From: Candidatus Bathyarchaeota archaeon
GTDB lineage: Archaea; Thermoproteota; Bathyarchaeia; Bathyarchaeales; Bathycorpusculaceae
Direction of reading: 5' to 3'
Assembly (NCBI GenBank): GCA_963832745.1
Contig: CAWHVC010000005.1
Span: 582,590 to 646,589 of the forward strand
Length of the DNA stretch: 64,000 nt
Position numbers and translations under genes: made by a program. Within the stretch, counting starts at the first letter, position 1. Every line of letters starts with the position of its first letter. A model generated the notes under the pieces. It was not told the DNA's origin, did not search any database, and saw only the letters and a list, made by a program, of their open reading frames with translations. Positions 32,055 through 40,666 of the stretch are shown one piece after another.

Positions 32055-32831
32055 TTATAGTGTCATTACACTTATAAGGTTTATGGAAGGCATAATAAAG
32101 AACAAAAAAATGTTAGTTATCCCATGAGACAAGCTGACACCAACTATACTACTAGTTTTATAAGCGAAGATTCCAAAAAACGCACTAATAAAAAAAACCA
32201 ATAAAACATCCCAAACGTTCAGCCAACCAATATGAAGAGCAGCAAACAAAACAGAAACTGCAATTATACCCGTCTTGACCCCAAAGTTGTTAACAACATT
32301 ATTCTGAATAACTCCTCTAAAAACTAATTCTTCAACAAAACCAGTTGCAATAAAAAAAGCAAAAGCAAGAGCTATCCAACTCACAACCGTTAAATCAGTA
32401 GCTATCAAGGCGGGTTTTAAGATTTCATATTCTAAAATTCCAAAGGGAACACCGGTAAGCATTATCAGAAACTGGGTTTTTCTTTGATTAAAGTTAATAC
32501 CTACGTCGGTTAACGTCAAACCTTGAATACGTATAACAACAGTTGCAGCCAAAAACATAAGCAATCCTGCGATAATATACCAGCTATAGACCGGTAGATA
32601 GTAAAGAGGAAGCGAAAGGCTAAAAATTCTAATCAATGGCGCTATGGAAAGGCAAAGATAAAGGTTAGACACTGATTTTTGCCTAACCGCAGAAAGGGTA
32701 ATCAACGAGAAAAGAATCATTGAATGCAGAAACAAACCGTACATTGCATCAACTAAAGAAGTTACCACTTCAGCAATAATTACAAAAATTAAGAAGCAAA
32801 AGAACAGTTTAAACTCTTGAGTGAATTTCAT
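32055..32831 (-). CDS. CPBP/Abi (CAAX protease-like) intramembrane metalloprotease
   Basis: EELVFRG, FAALH, HGITN motifs; TAATG overlap gives start at 32831. Confidence 0.9.
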   Translation of the reverse strand: MKFTQEFKLFFCFLIFVIIAEVVTSLVDAMYGLFLHSMILFSLITLSAVRQKSVSNLYLCLSIAPLIRIFSLSLPLYYLPVYSWYIIAGLLMFLAATVVIRIQGLTLTDVGINFNQRKTQFLIMLTGVPFGILEYEILKPALIATDLTVVSWIALAFAFFIATGFVEELVFRGVIQNNVVNNFGVKTGIIAVSVLFAALHIGWLNVWDVLLVFFISAFFGIFAYKTSSIVGVSLSHGITNIFLFFIMPSINLISVMTL

Positions 32832-33733
32832 TATAATGCGTGGACATTTATCCATAAATGCAGGCTCCGGTAGGGTTCAGACAGTCCTTCTTTGTACAAG
32901 TCAAAATCAACTTTTACTGCTTGCCCAGGATTTTTTAGTTCAAAGGTGCAGTTTTGGCTCCAATTCATTTGATGACTTAAGTGTACATCATTTATGGTCT
33001 GAATCGTTTGATTTTCAGTAGTTATGCAAATGCTGTATGAAGTATCTTCATATTCATGATTTGTAATGCCCAAGGAAACATTACATTTTTCGCCTAAAGT
33101 AATATTTACAGGATAATCAGCAAGTTTATTGTTTGAGCCAAGTATGTAGAATTCTGTGAACTGTTGACCAATTTTGGGTGAAAATGCGAGGTAAACAGCC
33201 ACGCTGCTAATCGCCAAAACGGCTACAAAAAAGGCAATTACGAACCATTTATCTGCTTTTTTCAGAGTTGACCATTTTGGAAGTTTGGAACGGATTGACA
33301 AGTTAACTCTTTTATCAATTGGCATATTGGACCGTCGATAAAATGAGACTATCGATAACGTCACTGATAAAATGAAAAGTGAACTAACAGTTGGATACAG
33401 CTTTATGCCCAATGAAGTAAAATTCAGGCCCAAACAAACCAACGGAACTAAGGCTAAACTTACACCAACACTTAACGCAACTCTTTCAATTGCGCCTAAA
33501 TCAGTTTTTCCAGGGAAAAGTACACTAACAAGTAAATATCCTGGAAAGAGAAGAACAAATGGAAGCCCCAGAATTAATCGAAGTGACGAATCAGGAAAGA
33601 AAAATACTGCAAGCACTAATAGAACAGACAAAGCATTTACTATTAGCAAATCTTTTCCCAGAGACAAAGAAGCAATAGTAAACCTTTTCAATGAGACACC
33701 GTTTTTCAAAAAACTAAAAATGTAGGTGGGCAA
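32831..33733 (-). CDS. DUF1616-like archaeal membrane protein
   Basis: LRLILGLPFVLLFPGY...LFP...ERVALSVGVS; FTEFYILG..ADYP; GITNHE; PYRSLHLWI. Confidence 0.85.
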   Translation of the reverse strand: MPTYIFSFLKNGVSLKRFTIASLSLGKDLLIVNALSVLLVLAVFFFPDSSLRLILGLPFVLLFPGYLLVSVLFPGKTDLGAIERVALSVGVSLALVPLVCLGLNFTSLGIKLYPTVSSLFILSVTLSIVSFYRRSNMPIDKRVNLSIRSKLPKWSTLKKADKWFVIAFFVAVLAISSVAVYLAFSPKIGQQFTEFYILGSNNKLADYPVNITLGEKCNVSLGITNHEYEDTSYSICITTENQTIQTINDVHLSHQMNWSQNCTFELKNPGQAVKVDFDLYKEGLSEPYRSLHLWINVHAL

Positions 33734-33808
33734 TAGGGAATAAGCGTATAATCAGTGAGTAAATTTCTTGAAAGAATAAGCATTCATCAAAAAGTTTTAA
33801 GTCCATTT

Positions 33809-34276
33809 TTAGGCACATTCATTTTTCATTACACATAATTGAGTACTGAGAGAATTTTTGAATATTTTTTGGAAAGGAAAAGAAGAGGCCACTTGCTTGA
33901 AGTTCAAAGAAATATTGAAGATTGTGTAGTTGAGCAACAACTGCAACATATGGGCTATAACTGTAATGGAGATAACACAATCACCATAACTATACATAAT
34001 GGCAAAGTTTGCACATTTGCACATATGCGGGTCACTTGTTAAGCTCTTAAAGTTTTTTAGGTCGTGCCCATCCAGGCCTATCGATACTATTTTTCGTTGC
34101 TGATTTTCTAGGCATCTACTAAAAACAGCTGAACCATAACCCATATCAACGATTATGTTACCCTTTTTAGAAGGCTTTTTGATGCGATATAGATACATGT
34201 TTATCTTTTTATCATGAAGGTAAAGATGCTTTAGCAAATCAACGATTGAGGCATAAGTCATTTTAAGAACATTCAT
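33809..34276 (-). pseudogene. Degenerate SAM methyltransferase remnant
   Basis: IVDMGYGS motif I remnant; rest of the frame looks scrambled. Confidence 0.45.
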
Positions 34277-34287
34277 TTCTTTTGACC

Positions 34288-35259
34288 CTAAGCCCTTTTT
34301 TCCACGTGTTGCAGTATTCTTTTTTCTGTCCGTTTTAGAGCAGAACCGTTGTAGTTATTGCTATGCAGAAGTACAGTTGTAGTTATTGCTAATGCTTGAG
34401 ATGCAAACAAAAGCAGCATTACGCCAATCAAAGCCCAACCGCTATGCCAAACTGCAAAGAAAAAGTACTGAAAAGCAACCCAACCCAGCAAGCCTAAAGC
34501 GGGAATAATGGATAAAACTGAAAAAGCAGAAAAAAGAAGCAACGGATTATATTTTCTCGCCAAACCTACAACAGCTAAAAGGATCTGGAACCCATTGCGC
34601 CAAGAAAGTTTTGGTTTACCAATCCTGCGCCTGTACCCTATCGGAACCTCTGTAACGTCGTATTCACATACTGTTTGGGCAGCGATTTCAACTTCTGTCG
34701 CAAAATTTTTGGAACCCAATTCAAGACTGCAAGCAATATCCGTGCGTAATAGATACATGCCTGAGCAGATGTCAGAAAAATGTGTATTCATAAGCAAGTT
34801 GAACGCGTTGGTTATTATCCGATTTCCGAATTTGTGGATGCGGCTAATGTTTTTTCGGTCGCGGACTCCGATGACCTGAGCATATTTTGTGCCGTGTGCT
34901 AATAGTTTTTGGATGTCTTTTGCTGGGTAAGTGTAGTCTCCGTCCAGTATTATCATGTATGGTGTTGAAACGTTTTCGATTGCGGTTTTTATGGCGTCGG
35001 TTTTGCCATTTCCGTGCTGCTGGAGTATTGTTACGCCCTGTTTAGCTTCTATCAGTTTTAGAGTATTGTCTGCTGAGTAACCATCAACGACAAGGATGTT
35101 TGGGTATCCTTCTTGGGTTAATTCGTCTATGACTTTGCTTATTGCGAGTTCTTCGTTTTTTACGGGAATTACTACGGTTGTGTCGGTTTTGCTTATTGTG
35201 GCGGATTGGTGATGGACAAACTGCCTTTGTAGGGCATCTATTGTCAGGTTTGTTTGCAT
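34288..35259 (-). CDS. GT2 glycosyltransferase (dolichol-phosphate glycosyltransferase/AglJ-like)
   Basis: VVIPVKNEE, VVDGYSAD, LDGDYTYP, DICSG, EVPIGYRRRIG; two C-terminal TMs. Confidence 0.9.
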   Translation of the reverse strand: MQTNLTIDALQRQFVHHQSATISKTDTTVVIPVKNEELAISKVIDELTQEGYPNILVVDGYSADNTLKLIEAKQGVTILQQHGNGKTDAIKTAIENVSTPYMIILDGDYTYPAKDIQKLLAHGTKYAQVIGVRDRKNISRIHKFGNRIITNAFNLLMNTHFSDICSGMYLLRTDIACSLELGSKNFATEVEIAAQTVCEYDVTEVPIGYRRRIGKPKLSWRNGFQILLAVVGLARKYNPLLLFSAFSVLSIIPALGLLGWVAFQYFFFAVWHSGWALIGVMLLLFASQALAITTTVLLHSNNYNGSALKRTEKRILQHVEKRA

Positions 35260-35380
35260 GTTTAAGTTTGGTGAATGGTTTTGTGGGGCGTCATCACGAC
35301 AAGGGAAAGGAGAAGAAAACTACCGCTCAACCCTTTCACACCTTCAACAAAGCATAGAAACTGGGGACGGGAAGGTTTGG

Positions 35381-35858
35381 TCATAGTTTAGTGCTTACCC
35401 GAAACATTGACAGGTTATTTTGGTCAATAACCGTTAAGTAACGAATGAATGCTTCATCGTTAACCCAGAGTTTGGCAGTCTTGTTTCCCCAAGCTTGTGC
35501 GGTAATGCTGATACGTCGTGCTAAGGGTGCACCATAGGTCAACATGCCGTAGGGTATACTGCCAATAAAAACAGAGATTCCGCCGATAGCGTTAAGCAAC
35601 TTTTCTGCCTAGTTCCGTCATAAGTTTAAGCAATAGCGCGCTTTGGATCCGGTCAACAGTTTGGATCACAGCGTCTATGAAGCGGCGTTTGTCTAAACTT
35701 AACACACGAAACCATGTGTTGTTAGTTCTGATTGATTTATGTTTTAGTTTAGAAAGAAAATGTCTGCCACCTTGTTTTAGCATGCTTGTTATGTCAAGTT
35801 TTGGGGTTGGAGTGCTGGCAGGTTTTTTTGAGGCAATTGATGACTTGTGGGCGTTCAT
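35381..35858 (-). pseudogene. Hypothetical protein, apparently split by a frameshift near 35595
   Basis: Two overlapping co-oriented ORFs (35592-35858, 35381-35599) that read as one protein. Confidence 0.5.
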
Positions 35859-35867
35859 TTTTTTGCC

Positions 35868-36170
35868 TCAGTTTTGGGTGGATGCCTGAGCGTTTTTTGT
35901 GGCTGCAGGTTTTCTTACAGGAGGTTTTTTGGAGGTTAAGGGGTGTGCCTTGTTTGACTTACTTGATGGGTTTTTGTTGGCTCCATTCTGTAAGTGCTCT
36001 AAAATGCCTATACAAACGCTCAAGCAGTCCTCGCAGAGGTTGAGACCGTATTTGAGGATGAGTATTTGTTTGGTTTGTTTGCAGATTTGGCATTGTCCTG
36101 TTTTGGTGCCGATTAGGTTGATTTTTGGTGGGTGGTTAGCTGAGGAGTGTTTTTTGGAGGTTGTTTGCAT
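35868..36170 (-). CDS. Small C4 zinc-finger protein with basic tail
   Basis: CQIC-x14-CEDC...C; Lys-rich C-terminus. Confidence 0.6.
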   Translation of the reverse strand: MQTTSKKHSSANHPPKINLIGTKTGQCQICKQTKQILILKYGLNLCEDCLSVCIGILEHLQNGANKNPSSKSNKAHPLTSKKPPVRKPAATKNAQASTQN

Positions 36171-36386
36171 TTAGTACTCACCCATGCGTGATTGTTCTTT
36201 TTTTGGTTGGTATGTTGTGCAGTGGTGGTATTCTGTGGGGGCGTTGCAGAATTTTTGGAGTTTTCGGCACCATGCAATGTGGTTTGTTCGGTACGCGCAT
36301 CTTTTTAGGGACTCTAACGGGTAGAATTGTTGCTTCATTTTTGGCACCCTTGCTTGTTTGGCAGACAAACGGTTACTATTTGTCAC
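36171..36386 (-). CDS. Small Cys/His-containing hypothetical protein
   Basis: GTG start, four Cys; stop directly abuts the next start (36171/36170). Confidence 0.45.
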   Translation of the reverse strand: MTNSNRLSAKQARVPKMKQQFYPLESLKRCAYRTNHIAWCRKLQKFCNAPTEYHHCTTYQPKKEQSRMGEY

Positions 36387-36576
36387 ATGAATGAAGTATA
36401 TAACATTTACCAACAGAATCGAAGTCAAAAACAAAAAGAAACCAAACACTAAAACAAACCAAAAGAAACAACACAAAAAGAACTTACCAAACAAGACACA
36501 ATTCACCGTAAACCTTTAAATGCTCAGAAGTCAGAGAAAAGGTACAAACCAACCAAACACAAATTGGTTTTAAAGT

Positions 36577-36693
36577 GCCGGGGTCTCCTAGCCAGGCAGG
36601 GAGCAAGCCTGGAGATACCCCCTCTTTAGGGGTGTACCTGTTAGCTTGTGGTCTTTCGGGGCCACGGGGGTTCAAATCCCCCTCCCGGCGCCA
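36577..36693 (+). tRNA. tRNA-Ser(GGA) with a canonical-position intron (~36615-36642) and encoded CCA
   Basis: Acceptor GCCGGGG/TCCCGGC, G73, CCA; anticodon stem CAAGC/GCTTG around CT-GGA-GA; long variable arm; T-loop TTCAAAT. Confidence 0.93.
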
Positions 36694-36798
36694 ATCCCAA
36701 GTCAAGCCTTTCTGAACAATTAACTAATTTCTAAACAAGCAACATAACACTATCTTCACTCCGTGTGAGCTTACCTTATAACCTGTAAACCCCAAATA

Positions 36799-37302
36799 GT
36801 GCACATGAAAAAAACTTGGATAGCCCTTGCCTTAATCCTATGCATCACTGGACAAATTGTAGCATTATCACTATTTCACCAGGTAAATGCAACCGAGTTT
36901 TCGCACAACAACGCTGTCGTTACAGTTAGTAAATGGAATTATGTCGAAGCTACCGTCACTTTGACAGTGAGCCCCAGTTCAAATGCCAATGTTGAAATTG
37001 TTTTTCCCGATGGCCAAACCGTCAACTTAACAGGCCCTAATGGTTCAGGCACCAGAACATCAACGTTTACACAAACGTTCAGTTTCCCTCGGACAGGTGA
37101 TTTGATAGGCAACATTGGGGTTGGTAGCGGAGAAATTTCTCTTTCCCCAGAAAACCCTTTGAGTTTAGTGATAAATACAGATGTAAGTGACATTGAGAAT
37201 TATCAGTCGCCTATATCTCATATCTCAAACGTTGATACAATTGTCTTCATCATTTACGGTGACGCATTCGTTTCTGTAGATTGTTATGGGGTGGCACTAT
37301 GA
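36799..37302 (+). CDS. Secreted hypothetical protein
   Basis: Signal peptide MKKTWIALAL; beta-rich Ser/Thr composition. Confidence 0.7.
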   Translation: MHMKKTWIALALILCITGQIVALSLFHQVNATEFSHNNAVVTVSKWNYVEATVTLTVSPSSNANVEIVFPDGQTVNLTGPNGSGTRTSTFTQTFSFPRTGDLIGNIGVGSGEISLSPENPLSLVINTDVSDIENYQSPISHISNVDTIVFIIYGDAFVSVDCYGVAL

Positions 37303-37997
37303 GTGAGCAAATTGTTGTTTCAAAGGTTGAAGAATTAATGCGGTCACTTGACCAAGTTAAAAAATACAAAGCACTTTCACATCTGATGGTTGATTTCCTA
37401 TTTATCGTATTGTCATCTGTTGCTGCTTTGTTAGCCTTTGAGCTTGCAGTCAACTTTTTGCATCTATCAGGGGCTTTTCAGGGTTATTTTGAAGGCCTAA
37501 CAACTTTAACGACAAGGTCTTTGACGAGCACTAGCCAAAACAATCTTTTCGCCATCCTTGTTCCAGGATTGGGGGTGCTGGCTGGAGTTGCATGGGTAGA
37601 TTACAAACTTAAGAAAGTCGAAGTAAACACTTGGAAGAGCACTATGCAAGAAGGTTTTCCTGGAGCGCTCAAGCTTCTGCAAGACTTAGATTGGAACGCC
37701 GTTCTGCAAGACATTCGCACTTCCAAAATCGTATATGTTCTATATGCTGTTGCAAAAGTGATGGGCAATTGGATACTTGCAGCAATAATTCTCATAATTC
37801 CATTAGGTTTCGGTCTTTCGTTTATTCATGCCACATTAAACATGTACCTCTTTGCATTCTTGTCCCTAATCCTTGCCCTTGTGCTGACTAGAAAAGACCT
37901 TCAGAAAAAATATCAACAAATAACCTCCTTAGACGCTTTGCTCTGGGAGCTACGGTGGTTCAACAGTGAGTTCAAAACAGCCGAATTCCAAACCTGA
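37299..37997 (+). CDS. Four-TM membrane protein
   Basis: Four hydrophobic segments; ATGA overlap with the upstream gene. Confidence 0.75.
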   Translation: MSEQIVVSKVEELMRSLDQVKKYKALSHLMVDFLFIVLSSVAALLAFELAVNFLHLSGAFQGYFEGLTTLTTRSLTSTSQNNLFAILVPGLGVLAGVAWVDYKLKKVEVNTWKSTMQEGFPGALKLLQDLDWNAVLQDIRTSKIVYVLYAVAKVMGNWILAAIILIIPLGFGLSFIHATLNMYLFAFLSLILALVLTRKDLQKKYQQITSLDALLWELRWFNSEFKTAEFQT

Positions 37998-38251
37998 CCT
38001 CTACGTAGTCGCACGCATAATAAGCGTCTTAAAAAGAGAGAGGCAGTACAAAGAGGACAGAGCTTGCATGCATCACAGGCGTTGCTTACGATAGACTCCA
38101 AAAATACGTGGAGTGGATGAGCCACGAAGACCTGCTTAAACTTGATGAGGAGGGCAATGTTGCTTTGACCAAGCATGGATTGGAAACGTATGACAACTTG
38201 GTTAAGTGGATTCTGCGATATGTCGGAAAACTAAAGTTCCCCAGGTTTTAA
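37966..38251 (+). pseudogene. Winged-helix transcription regulator with a +1 frameshift in an A5 run
   Basis: MSSKQPNSKPDLYVVARIISVLK / ERGSTKRTELACITGVAYDRLQKYVEWM...VALTKHG; A5 at 38031-38035. Confidence 0.75.
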
Positions 38252-38256
38252 ACCAG

Positions 38257-38335
38257 CCTATTTGCAGTCTATTTGGATCCTATTAGAAATGGTATGCAGA
38301 AACCTATAGGGGGTAGATCAGTTTGGCGCTTTTTT
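38257..38335 (+). repeat. Dispersed intergenic repeat, copy B
   Basis: CTATTTGGATCCTATTAGAAATGGTATGCAGAAACCTATAGGGGGTAGATCAGTTTGGCGCTTTTT; nearly identical to 46975-47043. Confidence 0.88.
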
Positions 38336-38387
38336 AACCCAAAAACACGCCTGCACAAAAGCAGTCAAGAAAGGCAGGCCCCACCAT

Positions 38388-39206
38388 TTAGTCGTGTGAC
38401 CCACAGTTTTTCATTAGACCAGCAAGCTCTTCCATTTTCAGTGGAGTGGGCACCGTAAAGTAGTCATTGCATACTATTTTTTGTGCAAGATTGCGGTAGA
38501 CTTCTGCCTGCGTTGAGTTGGTGTCGTAGTCGATAACAGTTTTTCCTGTTAGCTCGGCACGTTGCACAATGCTGTCTTTGGGTATTGAACGGATTAGTTT
38601 ACTTTTTATGCGTCTTGCAAACTGTGAAACAAGAAACTCTTCATCGCCGCTAACACTTGAGTTGCAGATGATTCCACCTAAGCGAACAGTTCCTTGTTCA
38701 GCAAATTTTTTGATTACTTTGCAAAGGTTGTTTGCGGCATACAGGGATGTAAAGTCTCCCGAAACTTCAAGATAGATTTCCTGAGCACAGCTTTCACGTA
38801 TTGGCATGGTTAAATCGCCGCTGGATAGGTCTCCGGGCACATCAAAAAAGACAAAGTCCAAATCATCTTCGTATATGCCCATTTCGGACAGCGCATCTAT
38901 TGAGTAGGTTACTCCTCGCCCGGCAAAGCCAGCGCCCAATTCAGGTCCGCCCGACTCAACGCAAGCTACCCCTCCAAAACCAGTTGAGCAAATCATTTCT
39001 GGAGAGTATTGTTCGCCGTATGTGCGTAGGACTTCTTGTACGGTGGCTTGCTGTTTTCCATGAAGCAGTAAACGAGTGCAGTCAGCTTTAGGGTCGCAAC
39101 CCAGCAGCAGAACCTGTTTGCCTCTTTCAGCCAACGCTGCCACTGTGTTTTGTGTTGTCGTGGTTTTGCCTATGCCTGCTTTTCCGTAAATTGCTATTTG
39201 CCGCAT
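38388..39206 (-). CDS. NifH paralog lacking both [4Fe-4S] cysteine ligands
   Basis: Colinear with 44293..45111 (both 272 aa); GKAGIGKT and GCDPKAD kept; GVGCGGRG becomes GAGFAGRG and DVVCGGF becomes DLSSGDL. Confidence 0.9.
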   Translation of the reverse strand: MRQIAIYGKAGIGKTTTTQNTVAALAERGKQVLLLGCDPKADCTRLLLHGKQQATVQEVLRTYGEQYSPEMICSTGFGGVACVESGGPELGAGFAGRGVTYSIDALSEMGIYEDDLDFVFFDVPGDLSSGDLTMPIRESCAQEIYLEVSGDFTSLYAANNLCKVIKKFAEQGTVRLGGIICNSSVSGDEEFLVSQFARRIKSKLIRSIPKDSIVQRAELTGKTVIDYDTNSTQAEVYRNLAQKIVCNDYFTVPTPLKMEELAGLMKNCGSHD

Positions 39207-39243
39207 TTTCCTTTCCTCGTTTTTTGGTATGCATGGTTATTGC

Positions 39244-39285
39244 TATTTAAAAGAGTAGTTGTGAAGTTTTCACAAGTGTTCACAC
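39244..39285 (-). promoter_or_regulatory. TATA box plus palindromic operator of the nifH paralog
   Basis: TTTTAAATA on the minus strand; TTGTGAA-GTT-TTCACAA at 39259-39275; extra GTTCACA half-site. Confidence 0.75.
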
Positions 39286-39330
39286 TTTACATGAATAATT
39301 CTGCACAATTCACACTTAAGCTGAGCACGG

Positions 39331-40653
39331 TTAACACTTGTACAATAATTCAAGCATTTTTCTAAACAATTTTATAAACAAAAAACAAAAAAAGGAACAG
39401 TTATGCGTTATTGAACAATCACAGGAAACCCATTGCCAGTGGTCAACGAAAAGTTTCAGTTCCTGCAACAAAGCTTTGAATTCTTCATCGCTAATCGACG
39501 TACTTCTCCCTGATGCATATATGTCTTTGATTTTGTTCAAAACTGCTGTCACGGTTTCTGTGTCGGGGTCTGTACCTGTGAATTCAAAGATTTTGTGTTT
39601 AATGATTGTTTTGCCAGATTGCTTTCCAACGCTCAAATGCCGCGAGTTTCCTACAAGTTCTGGCGGATACGGCTCATAAGTCCAAGGGTCACTCAAAACA
39701 GCGTAAGTATGGATACCGGATTCATGCATAAAACCGTACTTACCCACAATAGCCTTGTTTGATGGAATCTCAAACCCAACCGCTGTGCTAATGAAGTCTG
39801 CAACCTGTTTGAGTTTTTCAGTTTTGCCTTCAAACTTGCGTACGCCATAATGCAGATACAGGTTGAGAAGGATTTTTTCGGTTTCAGCGTTTCCAGCCCG
39901 CTCGCCTATGCCCAAAAAGGTTGTGTTGATGTAAAGCTTGTCCCATAATCCCGAGGCTGCTTGAACAGCAGCTAAACTATTGCCAATAGCGTTACCAAAA
40001 TCATCATGCATGTGGATACCTAACGCTTTGATGTTGGTTTCCTTTTTGAGCATCCATATCTTTCTTGGAATACCAAAAGGCAACGGTGCAGCAGTGTCTG
40101 GAAGCCCAACTCCTACGGTGTCACAAACACGGTAACATTCGGCGCCTGCATCCGCAACAGCATTAACAAACTTTTTCTCAAAAGCCCAGTCTGCCCTTGT
40201 GCCGTCTTCGCCGTGAACAAAAGTGCGTAAACCATGAGTTTTAGCAGCGTATTCTACCACGTCAACTACATTTGCAAGAAGTTCCTCAAAGGTCTTGTGT
40301 GGCCATTTAGCTTGCATGTGAAGAAAAGAAACAGGGTGAGAAATGCCGACCTCGTCAAAACCAAGGTCAATAGCGCTGTCAACGTCGGCTTTGATGGTTC
40401 GGCACCAAGCGCTGATGCGGCAGTCAAGTTTGAGGCGCATGATTTGCCTGACAGCTTCTTTGTCAGGTTCTTGGTAATGAAACAGTTCGAGCCGTTGAGC
40501 GCCGACGCTACATAGGAGTTGCGCGGTTTGGGCCGCATCTTTGGGTTTAAAGGCGACGCCTGCCATTTGGGCGCCGTCCCGCAAAGTGGTATCATCGATG
40601 ATTGGGTCAGTTTTTAGCGGGGGCATTTTGAAGTAGAAGTCTTCAAGCCTCAT
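39331..40653 (-). CDS. nifV: Homocitrate synthase-like (NifV/LeuA family)
   Basis: DTTLRDGAQ, HMHDDFG, GIGERAGN, HESGIH; position in the nif operon; C-terminal tail may be a frameshift artefact (alternative stop ~39408). Confidence 0.72.
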   Translation of the reverse strand: MRLEDFYFKMPPLKTDPIIDDTTLRDGAQMAGVAFKPKDAAQTAQLLCSVGAQRLELFHYQEPDKEAVRQIMRLKLDCRISAWCRTIKADVDSAIDLGFDEVGISHPVSFLHMQAKWPHKTFEELLANVVDVVEYAAKTHGLRTFVHGEDGTRADWAFEKKFVNAVADAGAECYRVCDTVGVGLPDTAAPLPFGIPRKIWMLKKETNIKALGIHMHDDFGNAIGNSLAAVQAASGLWDKLYINTTFLGIGERAGNAETEKILLNLYLHYGVRKFEGKTEKLKQVADFISTAVGFEIPSNKAIVGKYGFMHESGIHTYAVLSDPWTYEPYPPELVGNSRHLSVGKQSGKTIIKHKIFEFTGTDPDTETVTAVLNKIKDIYASGRSTSISDEEFKALLQELKLFVDHWQWVSCDCSITHNCSFFCFLFIKLFRKMLELLYKC

Positions 40654-40666
40654 CTCAAGTACATCC

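Noticed and set aside
36660-36693. tRNA-Ser 3' end as the integration site for an island
   Set aside because: No duplicate of the tRNA 3' end and no integrase were seen, and the glycosylation island lies on the 5' side of the tRNA.
3193-38035. Programmed frameshifting or phase variation at pstC and the wHTH gene
   Set aside because: The runs are short (3-5 nt), no stimulatory structure is evident, and such recoding is not known to me for these families; error or mutation is simpler.
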